Source: a virus
IMG/VR virus record: IMGVR_UViG_3300045303_000182
Span: 1 to 64,000 of that record
Reading direction: 5' to 3' (one strand)
DNA: 64,000 nt
Part shown: piece by piece, positions 15,746 to 23,731 of the stretch
Layout of the letters: every line of letters starts with the position of its first letter
Numbering within the stretch: the first letter of the stretch is position 1
Position numbers and translations under genes: made by a program
Notes under the pieces: generated by a model
What the model saw: only the letters and a program-made list of their open reading frames with translations
Told to the model about the DNA's origin: nothing
The model's database searches: none

Positions 15746-16570
15746 CTAGACGAGCACCCACTCCTCGAGGTTGCGGGGCTGGCCGTTCTGCAGGGTCCGA
15801 GGGGTGCCGTTCTCCAGGAGGAAGGGCCGCAGGCTGGCGTTGCCGTAGGCGTAGGCGTTCCACCTGCCCCACGACGATGTGACAGTGGCAGCGATGGTCT
15901 TAACAGCGGTAGCCGAAGCTGTCCAAGTACCCCACGACGATGCGCTGAAGGCTGGGTGGACGACTGCTGCCGTAGAAGCAGCGTTCCACCTGCCCCAGGA
16001 CGTGGTGATGGAGACGTACTGCTGTGGTCGGTGGATGCCGGTCGCCTGAGCATCCCAGGTGCCCCACGACGATGTGACAGTGGCGACCTTGGTCGGGACT
16101 GCGCTCGCGGTAGCGATCCAGGTTTCCCACAACGTGTTGATGCTCACCGGGCGGTTGACGCTCGCAGATGCGGTCCACGCCCCTCCCCACGTTGTGACAA
16201 TCGTTGCCGGGTGTACCACTGCTGCGGAAGCGGTACCGGTCCACGCCCCCCAGTTGGTAGAGACGCTGGCGTACAGCCAGTGAGACGCCGAGCCTGTGGC
16301 GTTCCAAGTGCCCCAGTTGCTGCTGATCGTGGCAGCACGGACCGAGACACCGACGGCCGTGGCTGTCCACCTGCCCCAGTTGGTGTTGATGTAGCCCTCG
16401 ATCTTGTTGGCGAGAGCTATCGCCGTCCACGATCCCCAGTTGGTAGTGATCGTTGCGTTGGTCGCTCGGGTGGCAGTGGCTTGAGCGCCCCAACTCCACA
16501 GCGCCAGGCCCTGTGCGGACCACTCAGGCACCACCAACGCTGATGCGATGTTGCCAACTCCAGTGCTCAT
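15746..16570 (-). CDS. Trp-repeat (xTxWGxWxAxAxA) fibre-like protein, short paralog
   Basis: About 11 repeats of roughly 20 aa; start MSTGVG at 16570 (TGATG overlap). Confidence 0.75.
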   Translation of the reverse strand: MSTGVGNIASALVVPEWSAQGLALWSWGAQATATRATNATITTNWGSWTAIALANKIEGYINTNWGRWTATAVGVSVRAATISSNWGTWNATGSASHWLYASVSTNWGAWTGTASAAVVHPATIVTTWGGAWTASASVNRPVSINTLWETWIATASAVPTKVATVTSSWGTWDAQATGIHRPQQYVSITTSWGRWNAASTAAVVHPAFSASSWGTWTASATAVKTIAATVTSSWGRWNAYAYGNASLRPFLLENGTPRTLQNGQPRNLEEWVLV

Positions 16571-16998
16571 CAGCCGCTCAGATCGCCAATGACCACCCAA
16601 GTGTTCGCAGCGATCTTCTTCGCAGTGGCTGCGCTGTACTGAGCGCGCAGTCTCAACCCCGGCGTGCCATTGACGATGGCTCCTCCACCAGGAGCAAACA
16701 TCGGTCGTCCAACACCGAGCCACAGGAAGTCCACCTCCGACCCGAGCACGAACGCTTGCGTGGCATCATCCGGCAGCATCACCGTGATCACAGCGGCGTT
16801 GGAGAGCGTGATCATCTGGTTCTCGTCGCTGAGGACCGGAGCGTACGTAGTGGCAGTGCTGGCCTTGACCGTGCGCCGCGGTCCTGCTGGTCCCTGCGCC
16901 CCCGTCGCCCCAGGGTCACCCTTCGGTCCGGGAGGACCAGGGGAGCCGACGGTGAGGTCCACCCACTGGCCGTTGACCTTGGCTCTCAGCACTCCCAT
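16570..16998 (-). CDS. Tail-fibre-like protein (short collagen stretch plus C-terminal beta domain)
   Basis: GPPGPKGDPG then ...LRAQYSAATAKKIAANTWVVIGDL, homologous to the C-terminus of the 63154 gene. Confidence 0.75.
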   Translation of the reverse strand: MGVLRAKVNGQWVDLTVGSPGPPGPKGDPGATGAQGPAGPRRTVKASTATTYAPVLSDENQMITLSNAAVITVMLPDDATQAFVLGSEVDFLWLGVGRPMFAPGGGAIVNGTPGLRLRAQYSAATAKKIAANTWVVIGDLSG

Positions 16999-17007
16999 GT
17001 CATCTCC

Positions 17008-17796
17008 CTACGGACTCGGGGCGATCGCAGCGCCCTTGTCGGTGATCCAGATCCCGCCGCCACCATCAGTCCACACCGCTCCCGCTCCTGACCCAGTCCT
17101 GGCGCGGATCGTGATGGCGTAGGTCTGCGTCACCGTCGGCCTGATGATCGCGTCCCAGTTGAGGAAGGCATAGGTGGTCGGCGTGTAGGCGTACACATCC
17201 ATGACGAAGCCAGCGATGACCGGCGCGCACGACAGGGTGAAGTTGACGTACTGCGTGGAGTTCAGCGCTCGGCAGGTGACCTTCATCTCGTACTGCCGAC
17301 CCGCCGTCAGCGGCGCGCTGATCGTGTAGATGGTGGTGTCCGTCGTAGTCAGGGGGATGCCCGCCTGGGTGCCCTGCTTCCAAGCGATGATGGATCCGGT
17401 CCGATCGATCGGCACCGCGTCGGTGTCGTACCAGATCTCAAACCCGGTGGCGATGGCGTCGGGATCGTCCGGGCCGATCCATATCTCATCACTGCCTGGT
17501 GCCGGGGCGTCGGGGTCGTACCACAGTTCCTTGAAGGCATCAGTCGGAGCGTCGTTGCCGATCCAGACCTCGTCAGCCCCGCCACCGCCTCCACCGCTGC
17601 CTTCGCCAGCCCACACCGGGAACTCGCAGTTGCCTGCCTGGAAGAAGACCCAGCCCATCATCGGGCCGAGCGGGAGAGAACCCATCGACTCGGTGATCGT
17701 GATCGATGTCTCACCAAACACCTGAGGAACGAACGCCTCGATGGACCCTGGCCCTACGGAGATGGCCTTGGCCCGGTAGAGAGACGGGTGGTCCAC
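17008..17796 (-). CDS. Baseplate spike (gp5/VgrG OB-fold-like N-terminus) fused to fibre-like C-terminal domains
   Basis: LYRA...IEAFVPQVFG...GWVFFQAGNCEFPVW resembles the gp5-OB pattern YRG..VP.V.G..VWV.F..GD...PVW; duplicated DEVWIG..P....ELWYD.D repeat. Confidence 0.6.
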   Translation of the reverse strand: MDHPSLYRAKAISVGPGSIEAFVPQVFGETSITITESMGSLPLGPMMGWVFFQAGNCEFPVWAGEGSGGGGGGADEVWIGNDAPTDAFKELWYDPDAPAPGSDEIWIGPDDPDAIATGFEIWYDTDAVPIDRTGSIIAWKQGTQAGIPLTTTDTTIYTISAPLTAGRQYEMKVTCRALNSTQYVNFTLSCAPVIAGFVMDVYAYTPTTYAFLNWDAIIRPTVTQTYAITIRARTGSGAGAVWTDGGGGIWITDKGAAIAPSP

Positions 17797-17799
17797 CGT

Positions 17800-18099
17800 C
17801 TACCTCACGAACAGGTGGAAGGTCTGCGCCGTGATCTCCTCGTTCTGCTCGTTCATCACGTTGGTGAAGCCGATGTTGCAGCCGAGGTCGAGGCCCTGCG
17901 TGGCGACGAGGCCGCGCGCCACGGCGATGCCCTTGCACGCCTGGTTCACGGCACCTGCACCGACGGCGCGGACGATGGGCATCTTGTGCTCATCGAAGAT
18001 CGCGATGCGGATCGAGTTCGCCACCTGCTGCACGGGGGAGTTGGTACGCACCCGAATCGTGACCTCGTCCTGGTCAATCAGTACGTCCATTCGTGACAC
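17800..18099 (-). CDS. spoVS: SpoVS-family (Alba-like) protein
   Basis: VRAVGAGAVNQACKGIAVARG signature. Confidence 0.9.
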   Translation of the reverse strand: MSRMDVLIDQDEVTIRVRTNSPVQQVANSIRIAIFDEHKMPIVRAVGAGAVNQACKGIAVARGLVATQGLDLGCNIGFTNVMNEQNEEITAQTFHLFVR

Positions 18100-18137
18100 C
18101 GGGTCGTCTCCAGTCGCTTAGGGCTGGTAGGACGGTA

Positions 18138-18533
18138 TCACTCGGCCTCGTATCGAGGTATGACCCGCTTCCGCCTCATCGGGAGCCTCGAGCCTTCGGC
18201 TTCCAGGGCCACGTCGAGGATCTCCATCATCAGGTGGACGGGGAGCACCGCGTAGTAGTCCCCGACGTTGGTGGTGCCCCGCTTCTTGTGGATGGCGAAG
18301 CCCCACTTGTTGCCGGCGTTCTTCATCTCCGCTGCTAGCTCGCGCTGGGTCTGCGGAAGCTGGAAGCCCTTGCGGTCCTTGCACTCGATCGTCACCGGGA
18401 TGCCGTCGCCCAGGGTCACGTCGCCCTTGTCGCGCTGGCCCTCCTTGACGATGCGCCGGGACCACGGCCAGCCGTGAGCGCGCAGCCAGTTGACCGAGGC
18501 CGTCTCCAGCTTCGTGCCCTTGGGGTTGGTCAC
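18138..18533 (-). CDS. Holliday junction resolvase-like PD-(D/E)xK nuclease
   Basis: KGTKLE...DKGD...IECK pattern of actinophage resolvases; GTG start overlaps the upstream TGA; C-terminal RKRVIPR. Confidence 0.8.
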   Translation of the reverse strand: MTNPKGTKLETASVNWLRAHGWPWSRRIVKEGQRDKGDVTLGDGIPVTIECKDRKGFQLPQTQRELAAEMKNAGNKWGFAIHKKRGTTNVGDYYAVLPVHLMMEILDVALEAEGSRLPMRRKRVIPRYEAE

Positions 18534-18637
18534 GCCAGGAGGGTCCGGTCCTCTTCGTGGCCGCACTCCGGGCAGGTCCAGAAACCGATGTCGTCGTCGT
18601 GCTCTTCCATCTCAGCGTCACAGTTCGGACAGATCAT
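18530..18637 (-). CDS. 35-aa zinc-ribbon protein
   Basis: MICPNCDAEMEEHDDDIGFWTCPECGHEE; start and stop overlap both neighbours. Confidence 0.65.
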   Translation of the reverse strand: MICPNCDAEMEEHDDDIGFWTCPECGHEEDRTLLA

Positions 18638-18924
18638 GTCGTCGCTCCTCTCTTCGCCACCTCATCGATGCCCAGGATCTCGACCAGGGCCACCACCATC
18701 CTGGCACTCTGACGATATGTCAGTCCCGCGTCAGTGTCGTGCATCTGGACGCACCAGTAGTCGTGCGCGATCTGGTGGCCGATGCCACCGAGGAAGGAGC
18801 GCAGGCTGCACTCATGGTGGGCGTACTGCACCGGGTTCAACGGCACCCACGCGTCGTGCAGGTGGTCGATCGGCTCGTCGCACATCACGCACTGCGAGCC
18901 GCTGCCGTTGATCGGCATGCTCAT
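18634..18924 (-). CDS. Cys/His-containing hypothetical protein
   Basis: CVMCDEPI...HHEC. Confidence 0.65.
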   Translation of the reverse strand: MSMPINGSGSQCVMCDEPIDHLHDAWVPLNPVQYAHHECSLRSFLGGIGHQIAHDYWCVQMHDTDAGLTYRQSARMVVALVEILGIDEVAKRGATT

Positions 18925-19178
18925 CGGCCAGCGTCCTCCACGTACTCCCCGAGATCGAAGATGACCTCACGCAACGCTGCGTTGCTGTGATAGTTCTGGA
19001 ACGACCACAGGTGCTCGGCCAGGCGGAACGTGATGGGGCTGAACCGCACCGCCGAGCAGTGGAAGGCGGCGTTGGACTTGTCGAGGTGGTAGAAGTGAGC
19101 GAACGACTGCCAGAGGGTGTTCTCCAGCGAGAGCTTCGGCTCCACCTCGGTGTGTGGGATCATCGTCGGCAGCCTCAC
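18921..19178 (-). CDS. Hypothetical protein
   Basis: Coupled overlaps on both sides. Confidence 0.65.
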   Translation of the reverse strand: MRLPTMIPHTEVEPKLSLENTLWQSFAHFYHLDKSNAAFHCSAVRFSPITFRLAEHLWSFQNYHSNAALREVIFDLGEYVEDAGR

Positions 19179-19564
19179 AGGGTCGGGAGCTTGAAGCCCT
19201 CGGCGGCAGCGAGGTTGGCCTGGTCTTCGAAGTAGTCAGCGATGGTGAGCAGTTCCTTGCTGACCTCAGGGTCGCCGTGGTTCTTGGCGACGAGCGCGAT
19301 CATCTGTGCGTACGTGGCGAGGCATGGGCTGGCGAACAGATCCTGCCGACGGATGACGACGGCGTCGTTGAGCCGCGTCTTCTGGACCTCGGCCTCGATC
19401 AGCGCAGCGAGCGGAGCGGAGTCCATGCTGGTGCCGATCAGTTCTCCCGACGCCTCGTCCCGCCACGGTGGGAGGGCGAGGTAGCCCATCATCGTGTAGA
19501 ACTCGCTCGTCTTGAACGTGATGTACTTCTCTTGCTCGGTGCTCTCGTTGCTCACGGTGCCCAT
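19175..19564 (-). CDS. Hypothetical protein
   Basis: 129 aa; VVIRRQDLFASPCLATYA. Confidence 0.7.
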   Translation of the reverse strand: MGTVSNESTEQEKYITFKTSEFYTMMGYLALPPWRDEASGELIGTSMDSAPLAALIEAEVQKTRLNDAVVIRRQDLFASPCLATYAQMIALVAKNHGDPEVSKELLTIADYFEDQANLAAAEGFKLPTL

Positions 19565-20049
19565 CGGCTTGCCCTTCTCTCGGATCCCGCCGCACCGATG
19601 CGACGAGATAGTTCTCTGCTGACCACGAACACGGAGCGCTCGCAGTTGTCGTACATGACCTTGGTGACCTTGCGCCTGGCGTAGGCGTTGAGCGCATCAG
19701 TCTTGGCCTTCACCACCGTCGGGTCCAGAGCGATCTCCGCACGGACCTCGGTGACCTTGGTCTTCGGACCATACGCTCGCACCATCCCGCTCGCCTCGAG
19801 GAACCGGACCTGTGCGTTCGCGCGCTCCTCAGCGACCTCGGCCTCAGCGAACTGCACCGCCGAGTAGTTCTGCCAGCCGGTGAACTGCACGAACAGTTCC
19901 ATGAGTGACTCATCACCGATGTCGCTGATGTTGGTGGGGATGTCGGGCAGGTCGTAGTCAGGCAGGTCGAAGAGACCGCCGCCGCTTGTCGGACTTGGCT
20001 CGGATGACTCGGGTGGCTGGCGCGGGATCGTCCGCTTGCGTTGTGACAT
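19552..20049 (-). CDS. Helical/coiled-coil protein (possible recombination mediator)
   Basis: Helical composition, VSRELSRR C-terminus, next to Cas4-like and RecA genes; N-terminal RKRTIPR. Confidence 0.7.
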   Translation of the reverse strand: MSQRKRTIPRQPPESSEPSPTSGGGLFDLPDYDLPDIPTNISDIGDESLMELFVQFTGWQNYSAVQFAEAEVAEERANAQVRFLEASGMVRAYGPKTKVTEVRAEIALDPTVVKAKTDALNAYARRKVTKVMYDNCERSVFVVSRELSRRIGAAGSERRASRWAP

Positions 20050-20947
20050 CTAGTGCTCCCAGGTTCCAACAGGCCCTGCGGTAGGGACAGGACTTACATA
20101 TCTTGCTATCGGAGTCTTCGGCCCAGTCGGGCCGTGCCGGCGGGCTGCCAGCAGCCACGGCCTTGGTGACCTCACGCGCGACCTCAAGGACGGGAGCGAT
20201 CATCGCAGGGTTGTAGGCGACGACGAACTCCTTCACCTGCTGGTGGAACTTGGACTCGTAGATGAAGCAGATCTCCTCGTACCGCGGCCACGCCATCCAC
20301 AGGTACAACTGGGCCTGCTTGAGGTGGGTGCCGAAGGGGCGCTGGATCTTCCACCAGATGTTCTCCAACGTCTCGCCGTCGAGGTAGCGCTGGTGCAGGC
20401 GGGGTGCCTCCATGCGGAGCGTGCCCATGCCGATCGACTTGACCTCGATCAGCCCGGTCCAATCGTCCAGGTCGTGGACCGCGCCGTCGGCGTGCCCACC
20501 GACGAGCTCACGGTTGAGCGGCACCTCGCGGTACATCAGCCGGGGTGACATGCACTCGGGGCACTCCCGAGGCGAGAGGCCGTCCCAGTTGAAGTCGCAG
20601 GAGAGGCACAGCCAGTGCCCGTAGAGCACGCCCATCTCCCACAGCCAGTCCTGGTACTTGCCGTGGATCGTGTGGCCCTCCGCGAAGATGTTGTTCATCG
20701 TGAAGCTGGGGTTCGCCAGCGCTGCGTCCTTCTCCGAGGCCGTGCCGATGATGCGGTAGTAGTCGTGCCGACCACACCAGTCCTTCTTCGCCATCTCGCT
20801 CGGGTGCATCACGTCGTGCCGACGGGTGCTCACCTCGGTCGCCAGCGCTCGCATGACGTGGCGCTGCATCGATGGCAGCACGCGGTCGTCGCCCTTGTAC
20901 GTGTCCTTGAGCCGCTTGAGGGCAGACGGTCGCAGCGGAGGGGTCAC
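19958..20947 (-). CDS. Cas4-like PD-(D/E)xK exonuclease (phage recombination nuclease)
   Basis: HPSE...WCGR, GHTIH, GHADG, IEVKS, QxxLY, C-terminal CKSCPYRRAC; extra CxxC...CxxC insert; GTG start at 20947. Confidence 0.85.
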   Translation of the reverse strand: MTPPLRPSALKRLKDTYKGDDRVLPSMQRHVMRALATEVSTRRHDVMHPSEMAKKDWCGRHDYYRIIGTASEKDAALANPSFTMNNIFAEGHTIHGKYQDWLWEMGVLYGHWLCLSCDFNWDGLSPRECPECMSPRLMYREVPLNRELVGGHADGAVHDLDDWTGLIEVKSIGMGTLRMEAPRLHQRYLDGETLENIWWKIQRPFGTHLKQAQLYLWMAWPRYEEICFIYESKFHQQVKEFVVAYNPAMIAPVLEVAREVTKAVAAGSPPARPDWAEDSDSKICKSCPYRRACWNLGALDVTTQADDPAPATRVIRAKSDKRRRSLRPA

Positions 20948-21258
20948 CAGCGCACCGACTCCCACGTCGCCAACGTCGCGCGATCCTCGGGGAGGATGAG
21001 CTTGTCGCCCAGGTCGAGAAACAGTGAGTACTCGATCAGGTCGTCGGGGTCGTCCTCGTAGACGCGAGCGATGATGCCGTCGTACATGTAGGAGGACATG
21101 TAGGTGCCACGCTTCCACGGCAGGCCGTTCTTCTTGAAGAAGCAGGCATCACCCTTCTTGAGCGTGGCCGCGGCCCACTCGAAGACGTTGCAGACGTAGT
21201 ACTCAGTGATGCCCTCGGGCGGTTCGGTCGTGCCAGGAGGGAGCGCTGTGATGCTCAC
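20944..21258 (-). CDS. Hypothetical protein
   Basis: Coupled ORF, 104 aa. Confidence 0.65.
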   Translation of the reverse strand: MSITALPPGTTEPPEGITEYYVCNVFEWAAATLKKGDACFFKKNGLPWKRGTYMSSYMYDGIIARVYEDDPDDLIEYSLFLDLGDKLILPEDRATLATWESVRW

Positions 21259-21686
21259 TGGTCTTCGGGGCGACCCTCAAGGAAGCCGATGACGAACTGA
21301 TCCTGGTTCCGCTCCTGCTCCTCGCGTTCGTCACGGTCCAGTGCCTCGGCCAGGCGAGCGACATCCTCGTCCTCCTCGACCTCTTCGATGGTGCCCTCGT
21401 TGTCCTTCCAAGGCTCCCGCGCGAGGAACTCCTCGACCTCTGTCCTCCCGCCGGCAGCGTGGACGCGGCGCACCTCGTACAGGTTGACGGCGACCTGCAT
21501 GGCGTTGGCGAACCAACCCACCATCAGGCCGGGATCGACCGGGCTGTTCTGGCCGGGGTTGAACTCGTCGGCCATGACCATCTTGCCGTTGAAGATGCGG
21601 CAGAACTCCTCGGCCCACACCATCGCGTCATCGGTGCCCATGAGGGTGTGGTCGGTCGTCTGAGGTTGTTGTGGCTCGATCGTCAT
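21255..21686 (-). CDS. Hypothetical protein with acidic C-terminus
   Basis: DAMVWAEEF...MVGWFANAM block. Confidence 0.7.
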   Translation of the reverse strand: MTIEPQQPQTTDHTLMGTDDAMVWAEEFCRIFNGKMVMADEFNPGQNSPVDPGLMVGWFANAMQVAVNLYEVRRVHAAGGRTEVEEFLAREPWKDNEGTIEEVEEDEDVARLAEALDRDEREEQERNQDQFVIGFLEGRPEDQ

Positions 21687-21700
21687 AGCTACCTAGTATG

Positions 21701-22003
21701 TCACTTATTCGGTGGCATCAAAGCATCGAAGTCATCGCGGCTGATCACGACCAGGCCAAGGTCACCGATCTGTATGTCCAGCGCCGGCATCGCCCCACCG
21801 AGGATCGCGTTCGTCCTCAAGTCGTTCCACACGGCCTTGGAGACGGAGATCGACTTGCCATCGGTGAACTTGGCTTCCCACAAGATCTCCCGGCCCTCGC
21901 GGATGTCGTTGCGCTGCCGCCATCCGCTGCCGCTGCCGCGCGTTCGGGCACCGCCACGGCGCTTGGCGATTGCCTTCTCCTGCTCCTGCCACGAACGACT
22001 CAC
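21701..22003 (-). CDS. Small PD-(D/E)xK nuclease (second resolvase-like protein)
   Basis: QEKAIAK..GG...GSGS....ND.....LWEAKFT; GTG start overlaps the RecA stop. Confidence 0.75.
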   Translation of the reverse strand: MSRSWQEQEKAIAKRRGGARTRGSGSGWRQRNDIREGREILWEAKFTDGKSISVSKAVWNDLRTNAILGGAMPALDIQIGDLGLVVISRDDFDALMPPNK

Positions 22004-23049
22004 GTCCGAGGGATGGAGCGCTTGCGAGGGGAACTGGTGTTCGGTGGAGCCTGGCCGAGAACTTCTGTCCGTACCCGGATATCGAGCGCGTCCACGATGG
22101 ACTGGTCCTGACCCATCGCCTTCCACACAGCGTCCTTGCCGTTCCACTTGCCGCCTTCGAAGTGGAACCACGCACCCTTGCGCTCGATGATGTCGTGCAG
22201 CAGCGCCAGGTCGTAGACCTCACGGATGGTGTCATAGTCCCCGGCGAAGTGACCGTTGGCGTCTTCGAAGTAGAAGTCCACCTGGCCGGTGCGCCGCGGC
22301 GGTGCCGTCTTGTTCTTGATCGTGCGGCACTTGATCACCTGGCCGACCTGAACGTCCTTGTCCTTGAGCCACTCGTCGCGCGTCGCCTCGACACGGGTGA
22401 GGTAGGTGTAGTTCTTGCCACGCCCGCCAGGGGTGGTGCGTGGGTCACCGAACTGGACGATGGCATCGCGCCACTGGTTGACGCAGATGACGAGGATCGG
22501 CCGCTCGTACTCGGTGAAGCTGCGCGACGCCGCCGTGTAGGTCTTCCGCATGAACTTGTTGGTGAGCAGTGCGCCCTTGCCCACCGTCATCTCGCTCATC
22601 GTCTTCTCGTCCTCCCAGGAGGGGACGAGGGCGGGCAGGGAGTCGATGATCACGGCGTCGGCGGCACGCTTCTTCATGACCTCGAGGCACGCCTCGTAGA
22701 CCTCCTCCATGATGTTGGACATGATGAAGGTCATCCGGCTGGCGTCCACGCCGAGGGTGGCAGCCCAGCCGAAGTCGAAGTCCTCGGAGGCAGCCCACAC
22801 GGTGTGGTAGTCGGGGTTGAGCGCCTGCTGGGTGGCGATGGTCTTGAGGACCGAGGATGTCTTGCCGCTGCTCTCGTTGCCGATGATCTCGTTGACGCCG
22901 TTGAGCGGCCAGCCACCGCCGAGCATGAGATCGAAGCTCAGGGAGCCTGTGGAGGCCCGCAGGAAGCGCCTGTCGAGCAGGTCCGCACCTCGGTAGAGCA
23001 ACTGCTCCTTCTTGTTGAGCCTTGCCATCACGTCATCGATCTCAGTCAT
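22000..23049 (-). CDS. recA: RecA/UvsX-like recombinase
   Basis: STGSLSFDLMLGGG, Walker A GNESSGKT, IIDS Walker B, NQWR, TTPGGR; C-terminal RKRSIPRT. Confidence 0.93.
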   Translation of the reverse strand: MTEIDDVMARLNKKEQLLYRGADLLDRRFLRASTGSLSFDLMLGGGWPLNGVNEIIGNESSGKTSSVLKTIATQQALNPDYHTVWAASEDFDFGWAATLGVDASRMTFIMSNIMEEVYEACLEVMKKRAADAVIIDSLPALVPSWEDEKTMSEMTVGKGALLTNKFMRKTYTAASRSFTEYERPILVICVNQWRDAIVQFGDPRTTPGGRGKNYTYLTRVEATRDEWLKDKDVQVGQVIKCRTIKNKTAPPRRTGQVDFYFEDANGHFAGDYDTIREVYDLALLHDIIERKGAWFHFEGGKWNGKDAVWKAMGQDQSIVDALDIRVRTEVLGQAPPNTSSPRKRSIPRT

Positions 23050-23468
23050 GCTCCACCTTGCCAGTTGGACTCCAGGCCCTGTTCGAAGAGGTCGTTGTAA
23101 CCGCAGGTGAAGCAGTGAGGCGCTGGCTGAGGGCCACGGCTCTTCTTCCCGAGGTCGTGGTAGTAGAGGGAGCCACCGCAGTTGGGACAGGGATCCGGGT
23201 TGAGCCGCGCTCCCTTGCCAGGAGCGAGGCCCTTCCCGTGCTGCTGCATGTCGAGCATCTCGGTCAGTGTTTCGGGTGGGGCCATTGGGACCGAGGGGAC
23301 CGCTTGGTCCGCTTGGACCCTCGAGGCCGGCGCTTGAGGCACCTGCTGTTGATAGCCCGGTACGGGCTGCTGATACTGGGGTACGGGCTGGCGCTGCGGG
23401 AACGGCTGCTGCCCTCCCCGAGCTTGGGCGAGCTTGCGCTGGTACCAGGAGGCGGTGTCCTCAGCCAT
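23046..23468 (-). CDS. Gln/Pro-rich protein with C-terminal zinc ribbon
   Basis: CPNCGG...CFTCGY. Confidence 0.75.
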   Translation of the reverse strand: MAEDTASWYQRKLAQARGGQQPFPQRQPVPQYQQPVPGYQQQVPQAPASRVQADQAVPSVPMAPPETLTEMLDMQQHGKGLAPGKGARLNPDPCPNCGGSLYYHDLGKKSRGPQPAPHCFTCGYNDLFEQGLESNWQGGA

Positions 23469-23640
23469 TGCGTATCACCCGAGCGGCTTCTGCCAGGAAG
23501 GCGATGAAGCTACCCGAGAGCGCGGCGTGCAGTTCAGAAGCGTCTCGCGCCTGGTCCATGCAGTCGATGAACGACGCAGCGTGGTCGTCCGCGAGCGCGA
23601 CGATGCTCTCGACCTCGGTGCAGACGGTTGCCGTTCCCAT
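23461..23640 (-). CDS. Small hypothetical protein
   Basis: ATG at 23640 with TACCGT 8 nt upstream; alternative start at 23658. Confidence 0.5.
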   Translation of the reverse strand: MGTATVCTEVESIVALADDHAASFIDCMDQARDASELHAALSGSFIAFLAEAARVIRNG

Positions 23641-23731
23641 AGCTGCGAACGGTAACACAATCCGTTTGCGGACTGACTGCGTGTTCCTGCTGCGTATGGC
23701 TCATTCATACCCTCGTCACCATCGATTCACG

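Noticed and set aside
19960-20010. TRVIRAKSDKRRR at the Cas4-like C-terminus as a tag variant
   Set aside because: Basic and terminal but lacks IPR; it also overlaps another gene, so I did not count it
19958-20947. Cas4-like gene as a sign of a CRISPR-Cas system
   Set aside because: No cas1/cas2 and no repeat-spacer array; the context is phage recombination
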